From the NCBI RefSeq assembly GCF_036321535.1, contig NC_087437.1, forward strand, positions 108,874,001 to 108,938,000: a DNA stretch of 64,000 bases. The letters run 5' to 3'. Origin of the DNA: Camelus dromedarius. Lineage: Eukaryota. Positions 36,750 through 49,219 of the stretch are shown here, one piece after another (position 1 is the first letter of the stretch; every line of letters begins with the position of its first letter). A model generated the notes under the pieces. The model had not been told where the DNA came from and ran no database searches. It saw only the letters and a program-made list of their open reading frames with translations. The position numbers were made by a program, and so were the translations under genes.

Positions 36750-37850
36750 TTACTTATTTATTTAACATTTTTGGAGCAGTTTAAGGTTTACAGAAAAAAA
36801 TTGAGTGAAAAGCACAGAATTCCCATATACCCCTCCCCCCACACTTCTCCTCCCCTAATTTCCCCAAGTATTAACATTTTGTATTACTGTGGTACATTTG
36901 TTACAATTGATGAGTCCATACAGATACATTATTATTAACTAAAGTCTACAGTTTGTATTATAACTCTTGGTGTTGTACATTTTATGGGTTTTGACAAATG
37001 TATAATGCCATATATCCACCATTCTAGTGGCATACAGAATAGCTTCATTTCCCTAAAAATCTCATGCTCCACTTATTTATCCCTCTCTTCCTCTCCATCG
37101 GTCTTTCCACCTCCTTGAACCCCTGAAAGCTATTGATTATTTTTTTACTGTCTCCCTAATTGTTCCTTTTCCAGAATGTCATATAGCTAGAATCATGCAG
37201 TATGTAGACTTTTCAGATTGGCTTCTTTCACTTAATAATATGCTGAGTTCCCTCCATGTCTTTTTGTGGCTTGACAGCTCATTTCATTTAGTCACTGAAT
37301 AATATTTCATTGTCTGGAGGTGCCACAGTTTGTTTATCTGTTCACCTATGGAAGTTCATCTTGTTTGCCTCCAAGTCTTGGCAATTATGAATAAAGTTGC
37401 TATACACATCTGTGGGTAAGTTTTTCCATGGGCATAAGTTTTCAGTTCCTTTGATTAATTATCAAGGAGTATGATTGCTGGATCATATGTCAAGAATATG
37501 TTTAGTTTTGTAGGAAACTGCCAAACCATCTTCCAAAGTGGCCGCACCATTTTTCATCCTTACCAGGATTTGGTGTAGTCAGTGTTTTGGATTTTGGCCA
37601 TTCTAATACTGGTATCTCACTGTTGTTTTAATTTGAATGTCCCTAATGACATATGGTGTTCAGCATCTTTTCATATGATTATTTGCCATCAGTACGTCTT
37701 CTTTTGTGAGATGTCTGTTCAGATCTTACCCAATTTTTCAATTGGGCTGTTTTCCTATTGTTGTTTTAAACGCTCTTTTTAGGTATTGGATACCAGTCCT
37801 TTGTCTGGTACGTATTTTGCAAAGATTCTTCTCCCAGTCTGTGCATTCTC
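36750..37850 (-). mobile_element. L1MA/MB fragment
   Basis: 'gtggtacatttgttacaattgatgag', 'ggagtatgattgctggatcatatg', 'aactgccaaaccatcttccaaagtgg'. Confidence 0.85.
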
Positions 37851-37949
37851 TTAAAACTCGTTTATCTTTAATTATTTAACCTCAACATCACCATCCAGCT
37901 AGTTTAAAGTCATACTGAGCTTCAGTTTGATAGCTATGAAAAAGTTTGA

Positions 37950-38524
37950 ACAGTTCGGACTCTCCCTTCCTATTCACCGCTGAGTCGTCTCGCGGTCGGT
38001 TGCATTCGTAGACGGCATCGAGTCATCAAGCCCAGCAGCAGCCCAACCTCAGACCTCACGTTCTTAAGCGGGATCATCGCTGCTATCATCTGAGTGTCGG
38101 CCCGAGGCCGGTCCCACTTGGCTGGGTCTCGGGTTGCTGATTGGAGCGGCCGACATTTCTGCTGACTGGAGTCATGCTATCTTTGCCAGTTTGCTGGAAT
38201 AGACACAGACACCGATTGGGTCAGGCTGAAGACATTCCTGTCTTGTGAAGCAAGTCTGTTTGTATTTTAGGTTTGCCAGGACTAATGAATTAAAACATTT
38301 GGACTCTCCACAACTTGCTGTTTATCAATGCCTCTGACAGGAGGAGGGTTTTCTTTTGCTCTGGCTTTTTCTAGAAGCATGACAACATCCTGGCTGTTGG
38401 GAGAGGCAAGGAAAGGAGAGAGGGGTAGTGGAGGGAAGTGGAACAGGGAGGCCCCGTGGGACGCCGGGGTCTGGGGGACAGCAGGTAGCAGCGAGCTGAC
38501 CTCACAGCTGTCACTGCTCCTCAG
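37950..38524 (+). promoter_or_regulatory. MAP3K7CL: Candidate promoter of the short MAP3K7CL isoform
   Basis: Local CpG enrichment, reverse CCAAT boxes (ATTGG 38140-38144, 38215-38219), E-box CAGCTG near 38505, directly upstream of the 5'UTR exon. Confidence 0.55.
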
Positions 38525-38653
38525 ACTGTCAGCGGCTGCTATGCGGCAGGTGCAGCCTGCTCTCTTACTAGGTCTCTACTCCACAAAGGCAGCGACCGGC
38601 CAAGGCAGTGGCTGGCCCTGGATTACACAAGTGCAGACACTCCACTAAGTGAG
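38525..38653 (+). other. MAP3K7CL: MAP3K7CL 5'UTR exon (5' boundary is either a nearby TSS or the acceptor ending at 38524)
   Basis: Donor GAG|GTAAGG at 38653/38654; acceptor 'ctgctcctcag' at 38514-38524; 2.05 kb upstream of the ATG exon. Confidence 0.7.
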
Positions 38654-39538
38654 GTAAGGCAACAGGTGTGAAAACCCAACTAAACGCTCAGAGCACCAGC
38701 AACTTAACCAAAGCTCTGCTACAGTCGAGAGGAGGAATCAGTGGCCCGTTTCCCCAGGCGGTGTGATGAAAAGGCAAGTGGGTTTAGGGGCTCTTGTGGC
38801 TGACACCGTGTGGAACTCAAAATCCACCCAACTTTGCCGCTGCTGTCCTTTGGGAGGCAGACAGATGTTCCCTGTTGTGTGGAGGGGAGGGGCTCTAATT
38901 AGCTGTGTTTGTCAATTCCACTTCCCGTTGCTGGAAACCCGACCAGAGATCTATTTACAAAATCCCAGAGGCCAGTTTCCACCTCTTGTGGTTTATTTCT
39001 TGGTGCAGGAAAGCACTGGGAGATTTAGCCAAAAGAGGAGTGAAGCTTTTCATCCTCAGATGTTATGATAAAATGGTTTGGTGATGGTACAGGGTGTAAC
39101 AATAAGACTTTTTCTTTTGGTTACAACTTTAAGGGGATTTTTATTGTTTGTTTTGTTAAATTTGAGACAGTCTGTTCTATTCCCTAGGAACAGGTGGCTA
39201 ACGAGATGGTTGATTCTAAGCAGACGAGACTACACAGCAATGTATGTCAGAGCTAAGATAAAACCAATTTTGAGTCAAGTAACAGTGATTTTATATTACC
39301 CTTTTCTAGAGTCGAATGTTTCATGTTAATACTTTTTTTTTTCTAACTCAGAATGACATGACTTAAGTACTTTATGGTTCATTGCTACTTGTAGTGTTAA
39401 ATGAATGGGCCAAATTTGATTCTAACTGGGTGATAAACAGTTGCTGGTTTTTCTCCAAAGCTATACTAGGTGTTTAATATAAACTTATTCTCTTTTCAAA
39501 TACTGGGTGACTCTATATATACATATGTCTAAATATGC

Positions 39539-39540
<2 letters not shown>

Positions 39541-39576
<36 letters not shown>

Positions 39577-39577
39577 A
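39541..39577. repeat. (TG)n microsatellite
   Basis: Seen directly. Confidence 0.9.
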
Positions 39578-40744
39578 TGCCTTTGCTTTGGTGCTATAAA
39601 TGTAAAAACAAAATTCAGTGTTCTAGACACTATTTTTAGATAGAGAAGTTATGGGAAAGAATCAGAAACCTTGCTGTGAGAAAATGTCCTGATAAAACAG
39701 TTCCCAGAATCTCGCTCAGGATGGTTAAAGGGACGATTTATATTTTACCATTTTTAGAGACATTTTCCTTGAAATGTCTTAGAGTTTTTGGTTTACTGTC
39801 TCCATGAGAAGGAAAGTAGAGGGTTTAGGGGGAGCATGACTAAAAATAGAAAAGTTAAATATATGTGTTTAAATGACAAAGATATCACGTATTTATAATA
39901 ATATCTTTTCCTAGTCCCATTGAAAAAATTATCAAACATCTAGGCTAAAATATATTTGGGCTAAATTATCTTATTATAACAAAGAAATATTCATGTGTTT
40001 TTCCTCAACCAGCCCGTCTTCTCTGTAGTATGTCTTTCCATTAATTCTATCGTAGTTTATTAATTAAATGGTGATTTACCATGTGGGGTAGAACAACAGT
40101 GAGATGCTTTTAGGATCTGTCTTTTTCTTTTGCTTATATCATACACTGTTAAGATGTACAACCTTAGAAATGTTTGAAAGATTTACAGGTAATCAGATAC
40201 ATAAAGCACATACTATTTGCAACATAACTGTGGTATGTTTAAAAATGTTTTTTGATATTTTTGAAATAATTCCATGATACGCATTTGTTACCACTCCCAG
40301 ATCAATAACTCGGGTCCATTTTAGGCTTTTGAGTGTGAAAAGCTGTCTGATGCTTTATTAAGACTTCTTTACCCCCCTCAATTAAAAATAAAACATTGTA
40401 TAAGAACTCAAAGGGCCAGGGTTAAACTGGTCAGTGTGAAAAGATATTAAAAAAGCGAGGTGGGTGGAGATTTTGCTCCATCTTTTATATTTCATTCTAG
40501 ATGTATTTCCAAAGCAAATGTTTTTCAAGCCAGAAGAAGAGTTTTAAGTGCAGCAGGTGTAGGGAAGGAAAGCTAGGAGCCAGGAATGTCTTTAAAATAA
40601 GAAAGCAGTGTGTCCTAACTTTCCCCTCTAATTTCCAAAAGCCTCTGAGTATTCGAGGGATGATGCTGGGTAAGGTGACAATGGCTGTCTCTCCTGTCCT
40701 TACAGCTGGAAGACCCAGAGGAAGGCCAAGGCTCAGGTGCCCAC

Positions 40745-40814
40745 ATGATCAGCACCGCCAGTGTACCTGCTGATCAGCCAGTGCGCATCGCCTTCAGCCT
40801 CGATCATGCATCAG
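40745..40814 (+). CDS. MAP3K7CL: MAP3K7CL first coding exon (exon 40706-40814; CDS from ATG 40745): MISTASVPADQPVRIAFSLDHAS plus 1 nt
   Basis: Acceptor 'ctcctgtccttacag', donor CAG|GTATGC; matches recalled human MISTARVPADKPVRIAFSLNDAS; phase 1 joins the next exon in frame. Confidence 0.95.
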
Positions 40815-41589
40815 GTATGCTCCACTCTGAGGGCTGGGGCTACCCCCGCCCCTTGCCTGCTGCCTCCTTGTCGTCCTCTTTTCTAGCTCCACAAAGGGCA
40901 TTTAAAAATGCATGCCTGGCATGACCCCATGATGCGGAACGTGATTTTTCATCGTGCATTGTTGGGTTGTGGCTTTCAGAAGCGCCTCTAGTGATGCTTC
41001 CGTCTCCAAACCTTTGGTTGTTTGAGCACGTTTCTTCTTCTTTTTTACCTTCTCCGTGTTTATTTTCTTTTATTATAAAATTCACCGAGCTGTCACAATT
41101 TCTAACGAGAGCAAACTACGGCATCATTAAAAAAGCTGCGCGAGGAAACGTTTAAGAGCTGGCAGAAGCTTAGGTAATATAAAAATATCCCTGTCCTGGG
41201 TCCGGCAGCATTTCCTGAAGCCTAAGTTCCAAATGCTGGTTTCTCACTGGTGCTGCACAGTTCTGCCTGAGTCAGCAGACTGCAGCCGGAGTGATGAACG
41301 GGACAGGTGAGGCGGGCCCCCTGGAAATAGTAAGGCCTGAGGTGAGCTGCCGTACTTAGGGCCCTTTGTCGTGGCTTCCTTCAGTGGCCTCTTAACACAC
41401 AAGCTCAGTGGCCCACCTTTGATGGAGACCTCAGGTGATGTGAGGCCACAGTGGTGAGGAAGGGAAGGCTCGGATCTCTTCCACTGGTGTCAGCTTTAGC
41501 TCTCAGTCTAATGTCATCTGTTAAAAGTCACACATAATTGCACACTCGAACAATGTTACCATCGAAACCTTGGGTCTTCTGAGGGTTGA

Positions 41590-41725
41590 TTCTTTCTTTC
41601 TTTCTCCCTTTCTCCTTCCCTCCATTACTTCCTTCCTTCTTTTTTCTTTCTTTCCTTCCTTCCTTCTTTTTTCCTTCCTTCCTTCCTCCCTCCCTCCTGC
41701 CCCTCTCCCTTTCTTCCTTCCTTTT
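41590..41725. repeat. CT-rich (CCTT)n low-complexity tract
   Basis: Seen directly. Confidence 0.9.
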
Positions 41726-42319
41726 ATGCTCTGGTAGGAAGGGGAGCTCTAAAAATTAATAGTTGAAAAGGGACAGGTTCCTCCCCTAAATAAGGCAAAG
41801 GAAGGATCCGGGCTCTGTGAAGTCTGACATTAGCCAGCCCATTCAGCCTTTACTATACCAGCTGACTATGGTGGTGGCCCCTCTGCCGTGGGGTTCCTGG
41901 ACTGTGCAGCCCCCAGTGGAGGACTTGTCCTGGAGTGGGAAGAGGGGAAGCCTTGACTTCTCATCATCTGTTCTTCCAACACTCTTCCCACGGCTACTGT
42001 TGTACTAGATTTCCACTCAGGTTTGCCTTGAAAGACAGTGGTGAAGGGAAATCCTCCCAATAGGCAAAGCAATCATCCCAACACAGACATAACTACCGTT
42101 AATTGTGTTTGTCTTTGCATTAGATCTTCATTTATATTATTTCTAATCTTTAAGATAACCATGCAATTTAGGCATTAGTATTCCCAATTTGCAGAGACAG
42201 AGGTCAAGATCCAGAGAGCACACTGTTGTGAGTAACAGGGTTATGATTTAAACCCACGTCCCTAGACTTGACTGTCTGAACTCTCCATTACCCTCTGCTG
42301 CATCTCTAAGAAGAAAAAG

Positions 42320-42450
42320 AAAACTGTGTGTGAAGGGAAAGAGAGTATGTAAGAACTCTCTGTACTTTCTGCTCCATGTATCTGTAAACCTAAAACTGCT
42401 CTAAGAAATAAAGTCTATAATTAAAAACAAAATAAAAAACAAACCAAAAA
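42320..42450 (+). mobile_element. Old L1M 3' terminus
   Basis: 'gaactctctgtactttctgctc...ctgtaaacctaaaactgctctaagaaataaagtcta' plus A-rich tail. Confidence 0.75.
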
Positions 42451-43714
42451 GAAAAGCTCCATTTGTTCTCATGCATTTCATAAATGCAAGATGTTGAGGA
42501 ATGATCAGTGCTTGAGTGGCTGGCCCTCAAGACAGACACATGTAAACCCAAAATCCAGGGAGAGAGATGACGTATAATTTTCTTCCTTGTGTTTGTGTCC
42601 CACATGAGCAGAACAAGTCCTGTTACAATCAACAGCATTACAAAGAAAATTTAGTATATAAATCTTATTTAGTCCAAACAATATTATTTATATCATAATT
42701 TTGGGTGAGATAAATAAATGTATTGTTTCCTCATCTTCACTTTAACAGAATTTAATTTCGTGCAGAAAAGAGCCTTGGAGAGGTGTATCTTACTCTTTGG
42801 GTTGCATGAATAGACTCTTCCTTGAGGTACAAGATGTACAACTTGTAACTAAGTTATCACCATCCCTTGATCCCTTTTGGCCCCTAACTGGGAACTCCTG
42901 CATGCTTTTCATCAGTCACTTTAGATTGATTTGTTCCAGTCTCTTTCGAATGTCCCAAGAATGCCCGCTTCTGAAATTCAGGTCTTTTGAGATGGTAGTA
43001 GCTTCAAATAAGGAATGACATGTATTTCAAGTAATTCCTGACCTCTAGCTATACAAAAAAGGTGCTCAGGAAGCCTTATGAAGAAACTTCCAAATTTAAA
43101 TTCTTTTTAATGATCAGTGTGTCTCCATAGTTCTAGAAAGAGCGCCCAACTGGAGAACCCAAGGCAGGAGCAGGGGTTCTGTTTTTCTCAATCTTTCTTA
43201 AAATGATAACCTGAGAGCACCTATCCAAAACATACGTTCCATGCCCCTCCTCCACTGTAGCAGGCTCACAGCAAAGCCCAGCAGTCTGTCTTTCCCATGC
43301 ACCTGAGGTTACGAGTGCGCAGAAAGATGCTTCGCAGATATTTGGGGACACTCCCTCTGAATTCTTGAATAAGGAGTGTGTGGAGTGCCACAGCAAGCAA
43401 CACTTGCCATCACACACATTGTGCACGCCTTTTGAATTCCAGTGCCTATGCCTACAGACCACACATTTAGGGGGAGAACAAAGGAAAACATCTTAGACTT
43501 TCATAATAAATGAGAAAGCTAAGATAGACTCTTCGGGAGTAATTCCATATTATTGACTTTATTGTTGAAGAGTAAGCAGAGTCCGTGAGAAAGGAGAATT
43601 CTTTGCTTGTGAATGTTGACTTTTCATTTCTTATGAGTCTAAGCAGTGCTTATTCCTCCAATTAGGTTAGGACCATTTTTTTTTGGGGGGGATGCATATT
43701 TTTCTGAGATGATT

Positions 43715-43960
43715 TGGTGTCGAGGTTAAGGGCATAGGGCTTTGGAGTCAGTGAGCAGCGGTTTCCAGACTCATTTCCATCACTGTTTTTTTGCTCTTGG
43801 GTAAGTCACTCAACATTGCTTAACTTCAGTTTCCTATAAGATTTGTATAGTAATAATTCACAAAGTTGTTGTAAGAATTAAATAACACTGTATGGGTGAA
43901 GCATTAGCATAGCACTTGACAGAAAGTGGGGACTCAGCTAGCTGCTGTGTTTATGGTGAT
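43715..43960 (+). mobile_element. MIR SINE
   Basis: 'ggttaagggcatagggctttggagtcag...ttgggtaagtcact...ttcagtttcct'. Confidence 0.75.
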
Positions 43961-43976
43961 TGATTCTGGATTACTA

Positions 43977-44749
43977 TTTTTTTTATTGAAGTATAGTTGA
44001 TTTACAATGGTGTGTTAATTTCTGGTGCATAGCATAGTGATTCATTTATATATATGTATATATATATATATACACACACATATATGTATTCCTTTTCATA
44101 TTCTTTTTCATTATAGGCCATTACAAGATATTGAGTATAGTTCCCTGTGCTATATAGTAGGACCTTGTTTATCTATTTTTTGTATAGTAGTGTAGTTAGT
44201 TTACAAATCCTGAACTCCCAATTTATCCCTTCCTGCCCGCTTTTCTCCCTGGTAACCTTAAATTTGTTTTCTGTGTCTGTGAGTCTGTTTCTGTTTTGTA
44301 AATTTGTGCCCTTTTTAAAGAAAAGATTCCACATATAAATGATATCATACAATATTTTTATTTCTCTCTCTGGATTACTTCACTTAGTATGACACTCTCC
44401 AGGCGCATCCATGTTGCTGCAAATGGCATTATTTTATTCTTTTTCATGGCAGAGTACTATTCCACTGTGTAAATTATACCACAACTTCTTTATCCTGTTA
44501 ACTGTCGAAGCACCTTTAGGTTGTTTCCATGTCTCAGCTATTGTAAACAGTGCTGCTGTGAACATTGGGGTGCACGTATCTTTTTGAATTAGAGTTTGCT
44601 ATGGGTATATGCCCAGGAGTGGGATTGCTTGATCATACAGTAAGTCTATTTTCAGTTTTTTAAGGACTCGCCATACTGTTTTCCATAATGGCTGAACTAA
44701 ACTACATTCTCACCAACAGTGTAGGAGGTGCCCTTTTCTCCACACCCTC
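43977..44749 (-). mobile_element. 5'-truncated young L1 with TSD
   Basis: TSD tgattctggattacta (43961-43976) / tgattctggagtatta (44750-44765); L1 3'UTR and ORF2 end. Confidence 0.92.
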
Positions 44750-47700
44750 TGATTCTGGAGTATTAAGGAAAGTAAAACCCCCTGAGCAGCTCTGTGTTTC
44801 ACCAACATCTGACACTTCTACTTCCTGTCAAGATGGGGCAGGTGTAACTGTAGTTCTGCTATAACTAAACGGCACTTGTTTAGGGACTAGTTGTCCAGTT
44901 GGTGCATGGTGAGTGTCCCTGCTTCTGCTCTTATCCGTTAGCTGAGGTTTACTTAGTGTCTACGTCTCTACACTTGGCCACAGGCTGGTGGGATGAGCAG
45001 AAGGGAAGCGCATCTTGATCATGATCTCTCCAATGGGTTTTATAAGTCAAAGACATTTGGGGGCATAATTGGTGTCACCCAGAGGGGAGGGGAACAGTTT
45101 CTTGGAAGATGTGACACTCATCCTGGGCTTGAGAGCAGGTAGGGCATAGAAAAGATGTGTAGGAAAGGTACCATTTCTGGATACCAGGTATAAAAGAAAA
45201 GGAAGCTATACATCTTTTAACAATTCTTCTTCCTTTTCCCTTCGAACAGAAAGTATGAGCTAGACCCAAGAGTCAGAGTGCGATTTGTTCAGGAAATACT
45301 AAAACTCTCTTCAACTGGAACAGAGGTCTGATCTGTGGAAGAATAACATGCTGTTTCCTGAGCCCTTCTTTGAGCTGGGCGTTGTGCTGGAGTCGTATGT
45401 AGACTGTCTCTTCAGATAGCAGTAGATTAGAGTTGCCAAGCCAATCTTAAATGTTCGATGAAAGAGTTTGGATTTGATCAGAAGCAACAGAGGGTCAAAA
45501 GTTCTTGAACAAAGAAGTAATATGAAAATGGTAAGCGTTCAGTTGGTGCAAGAGTCTGGATTGTGGAGAGATGAGAGAATGGAAGAGCCTTTTTATCACG
45601 GTGCACAGGGAAGGTGATTTGAGCATGGATTTGAGAATGGAATGGGATGACTGAATTCAGAGTACATTTTGAAGGAAGGGTTGAAAGGACTTGGTGACAG
45701 ACAACCCTTGGAGATGGGAGATGGGGAAATGATCATTGTTCATTGGCAGCGGAATGAGCCACAAGTCTCCAAAAAGACTATGGACCCCCAGGGGCTTAAA
45801 TAAAGGAAGCAAGTTTTTAAGGGGAGAAAGAAGTCCTTTAAAATACAATCACCATTTCTAGCCCATCATTAGACTCCTTCATTAAGTAACACTTAGCTAA
45901 CCATAAGTCCTCGAGACACCAATGCTTGTCCTAAACAAACAAATGATGTGATTGGTATTACTTCCAAAAGGGGAATTCCAAAGAGTTGACTTTCTAAATC
46001 AGGACCTTTGTGAAGTTAGTTTTCCCAATAGAAAATGTGAATAAGATAAATATGAATCCTACCTCTTGGATTATTAGAGAATCACTGGCCCTTCTCCAGT
46101 TAGAGAGAATTTAGAGTTGGACAGATATGAAGATTTCATGCTAATTATTTGAGAATTTTCTTTATCTTCAGCTGAGCTAAAATCTGGCATACTTCCATGT
46201 AAATCTAGACCATGGCTTTTTTTTTTTTTTTCAAGTTTTTGGTTTTTATCTAGAAAGAGTCAAGGACACTGGTATCAACCCAAGCTGGTAGCTTTCAACG
46301 TTTTGTTTCAAAAAATTCTTTCAAGCTATTAGAATTTTTCAAAGCTGAGCATGAATTAATCATAAGACATTTAGTTAAAAAAAAATCCAAGACCCATTCT
46401 GTTGGTGTCTCTTTTAAGTAATACTATTTTGTCTTCACACATCGGGTGTTTTGTGTAGCAGTGGGAGGTATGCTGAGTAGCTAAAATAGCTACCCTTGAA
46501 CCTACTTTAACTGGGGATTGTGGGAGTGTCTTTTTGTGCACACGTGCAGAAGTGTCGCATTGTCATTGTCTCCTTCCTTCAACTTTTTCTACCTTTTGTG
46601 TTAATTTTCTCTCCATCCTCAGGCCCCCAAAGTTTCTATACTTTCAATCCTTGTTTTAACTGGAAAGATTCTGGAAAACCTCATTCACACAAAGCAATCA
46701 ATGAAAACTGAGGTTTATCTTTCTATCTCTCTCAGGGTGTACTTTTGAGTCTCCACAGGGAAATCAGTAGTAAGTCTAGGGGCAAAGTTTCCACTGGAAT
46801 TCTACCAACCAACTGGGTAACGATGGCATCTGGAGAAATGGGCCAGGTGAGCTTCTTAGAACTCTCTGAAGTTGTGTTCTGTCCCGATTCTGACCCTACT
46901 GTTCAAGCTGCCTGGGCATGCAGTGACAACAATCAGCTGAAAACCCCTCGAGGGGATGCTGACAGTGGGAGGGGGTCTCCTATATTTACAGCCTTTACAG
47001 AGCACAGAGCTGAGACCCATAGTAGAAATTTAATTATCAAATACGATAAAATCAATGACACAATATCTATAACCGCTTTGAGTTTGTGATTCTGATATCA
47101 GGTGAAGATTCTTTGAGATACAAAGATATTTTGAGATACAACTGGATGTATTGGTTGGAATCTGTTGCTGAAGGCTGTTAGGAATGATCAGAAAGGAAAT
47201 GAATGCCTGTGGAGTCCCTGGATGCTTGTTCTTGTACCATCTTGTCAGTTTAGTACAGGCAACAAGTCTGGGGGAAGATGTTGTTATACCCATTTTACAG
47301 ATGTGGAAATATTGACTAAGGGAGGTTAAGTTACTTGCCCCTGATCAAACAGTTAATAAGTGTTGGGAAGGGCCAGGCCCTTCAAAACCAGGCCCTTGGG
47401 GATATTTTACTTTATTAGCCCTTTACATGTAGGGTTCGTGTCATAAGAGAAAAGCATAAATGTTTCTGTCAGCAAATAGCATCCCCAGTGATCATGGGAA
47501 ATGATGGAGGAAAGTTCTGTTTTTATAGAGTAGGAAGGAAAGAAGGGAGAGGTAAATTGTACTTAGTTGTGTACTGAGAAATAAATATATTTCCAAAGGG
47601 CTTTTCTTGAAGCAGATGTTTCTGGCTGAGTGAGTATGTTTTTAAGCTAAATAAGTCAAAATATTCTTCTAAAAGGATAGATCAGTAAGATTCACAAAAT

Positions 47701-48589
47701 GATAGCTACAGTAATAGTAACTAGGCGAGTGTTTCTAAGAAACATAAAACTTGTCTTTAAACTGAATCAGATCTCTCCATGCAGAGAAATATCATTCAGT
47801 CTATTTGATGTATGATCTTGTTTGCGGATAGCTTTAGGTACTGGTTTATGTAATGTGGTGAATTTTGTTAATTATAAAGAATTGACAATCTGCTAGGTAT
47901 CATACCACAGCTGTACTTTTATCCATATCCATATCTATATTTTTAATTTTATGGGCCCTGAATATCCAGTGTGTATTAAAGGATTCATATGTCTGATGTT
48001 TAACAAGCAGGAAGCAAAGTTTCAAAAAGCTTTTGATGTGTCTTAAAACGATGTGATGCTTTAACAAGAACCAAGGTATCTAGAAATTTTAAGATAGTTT
48101 TTTTATGTATTATTAATGGGAGTTGGCAGCCTTATGTCACTTTTTTTATTTCTAAAAATAAAATGTGAATCTTGATTTAAATTTAAATTAAAGTACTCAA
48201 AGACCTTTCAGGCATAAGGTAACAATTTTTTTTTTACAGTATTTTATATAGAAAGGGTTTGCTTTGATAGGGAAGTAAAAGAGAAACCCTTTTCAAATTC
48301 AGATTTAAATGAAGAGAGTAAACCTGGAAGACCTGAGGTTATGGCCACACCAGGGAAATCTCCCTTAACTTGACATGGGGAGAACTCAGGAATTAGAGGC
48401 AGTGCTCTTGGCCTTGCTTGTTCTCTTTGAATTATTCAGATGATGGAGATAATAACCTTAAACCCCACCATTATACACATACTCATATAAGCACACACAT
48501 GCACACAAGTGCCTTGCCTCCCCATCACCATCTTGGTCAAATTTATGGTGAAAAGGAAGGGAAAGTAAACATGATTACATTAAGCTTTC

Positions 48590-48800
48590 ATTATTGTTCC
48601 TGACTGTTTCCTAGGTGCCAGGCTGTAGGCTAAATGATTGACATATGCATTCCTGTACTAAGACAAGTTTCTGAGACAGGAAATATCACGCCCATTTTGC
48701 AGAAGAGAAAACTGAGTCTCAGAGAGATTATGTTCATTGTCCACATTCACCAATTAAAAAGTGGTCTACTGGAGATTCAAATGACTATCGATCCTACTGA
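48590..48800 (-). mobile_element. MIR SINE
   Basis: 'cccattttgcagaagagaaaactgagtctcagagag'. Confidence 0.75.
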
Positions 48801-48917
48801 ATTACACCGACCTGCTGTGTCCTTAGCCGGTAAGAGCCTTCGCAGGCAAACAGTTGCCAGGAAAGGTTTTGCGGGTGCCTCAGCACTGTAGCCACTGCCC
48901 AAACTCACTTGCCTCTT

Positions 48918-48970
48918 TTTTTTTTTTGAACTGAAGTATAGTCAGTTACAGTGTGCCAATTTCTCGTGTA
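48918..48970 (-). mobile_element. 53-bp L1 3' tip with perfect 12-bp TSD
   Basis: TSD 'cacttgcctctt' 48906-48917 and 48971-48982; polyT then 'ctgaagtatagtcagttacagtgtgccaatttct'. Confidence 0.9.
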
Positions 48971-49050
48971 CACTTGCCTCTTGTGTCCGTTTGCCCCGGT
49001 GCCCTGGAGGACAGTTTTCAGACACCAGCGCTCAGAGGCTGTCCTGTCGG

Positions 49051-49219
49051 CAGGGACAGCTACATACTTTGTGGAGGCACGGTGCAAAAAATCTGGGGCT
49101 CCTTGTTCAAAAATTGTTAGGAATTTCGACAGTGCACCCTGATCATTAAACCAAGCACGGGCCTGCCTGGGCGAAGGGCCCCTGTGACGGCACAGCACAT
49201 TCCCACGATGCGGGCTGTG
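49051..49219 (-). mobile_element. MER45A (hAT-Tip100)
   Basis: 'cagggacagctacat...ccttgttcaaaaattgttaggaatttc...cattaaaccaagcacgggcc'. Confidence 0.75.
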
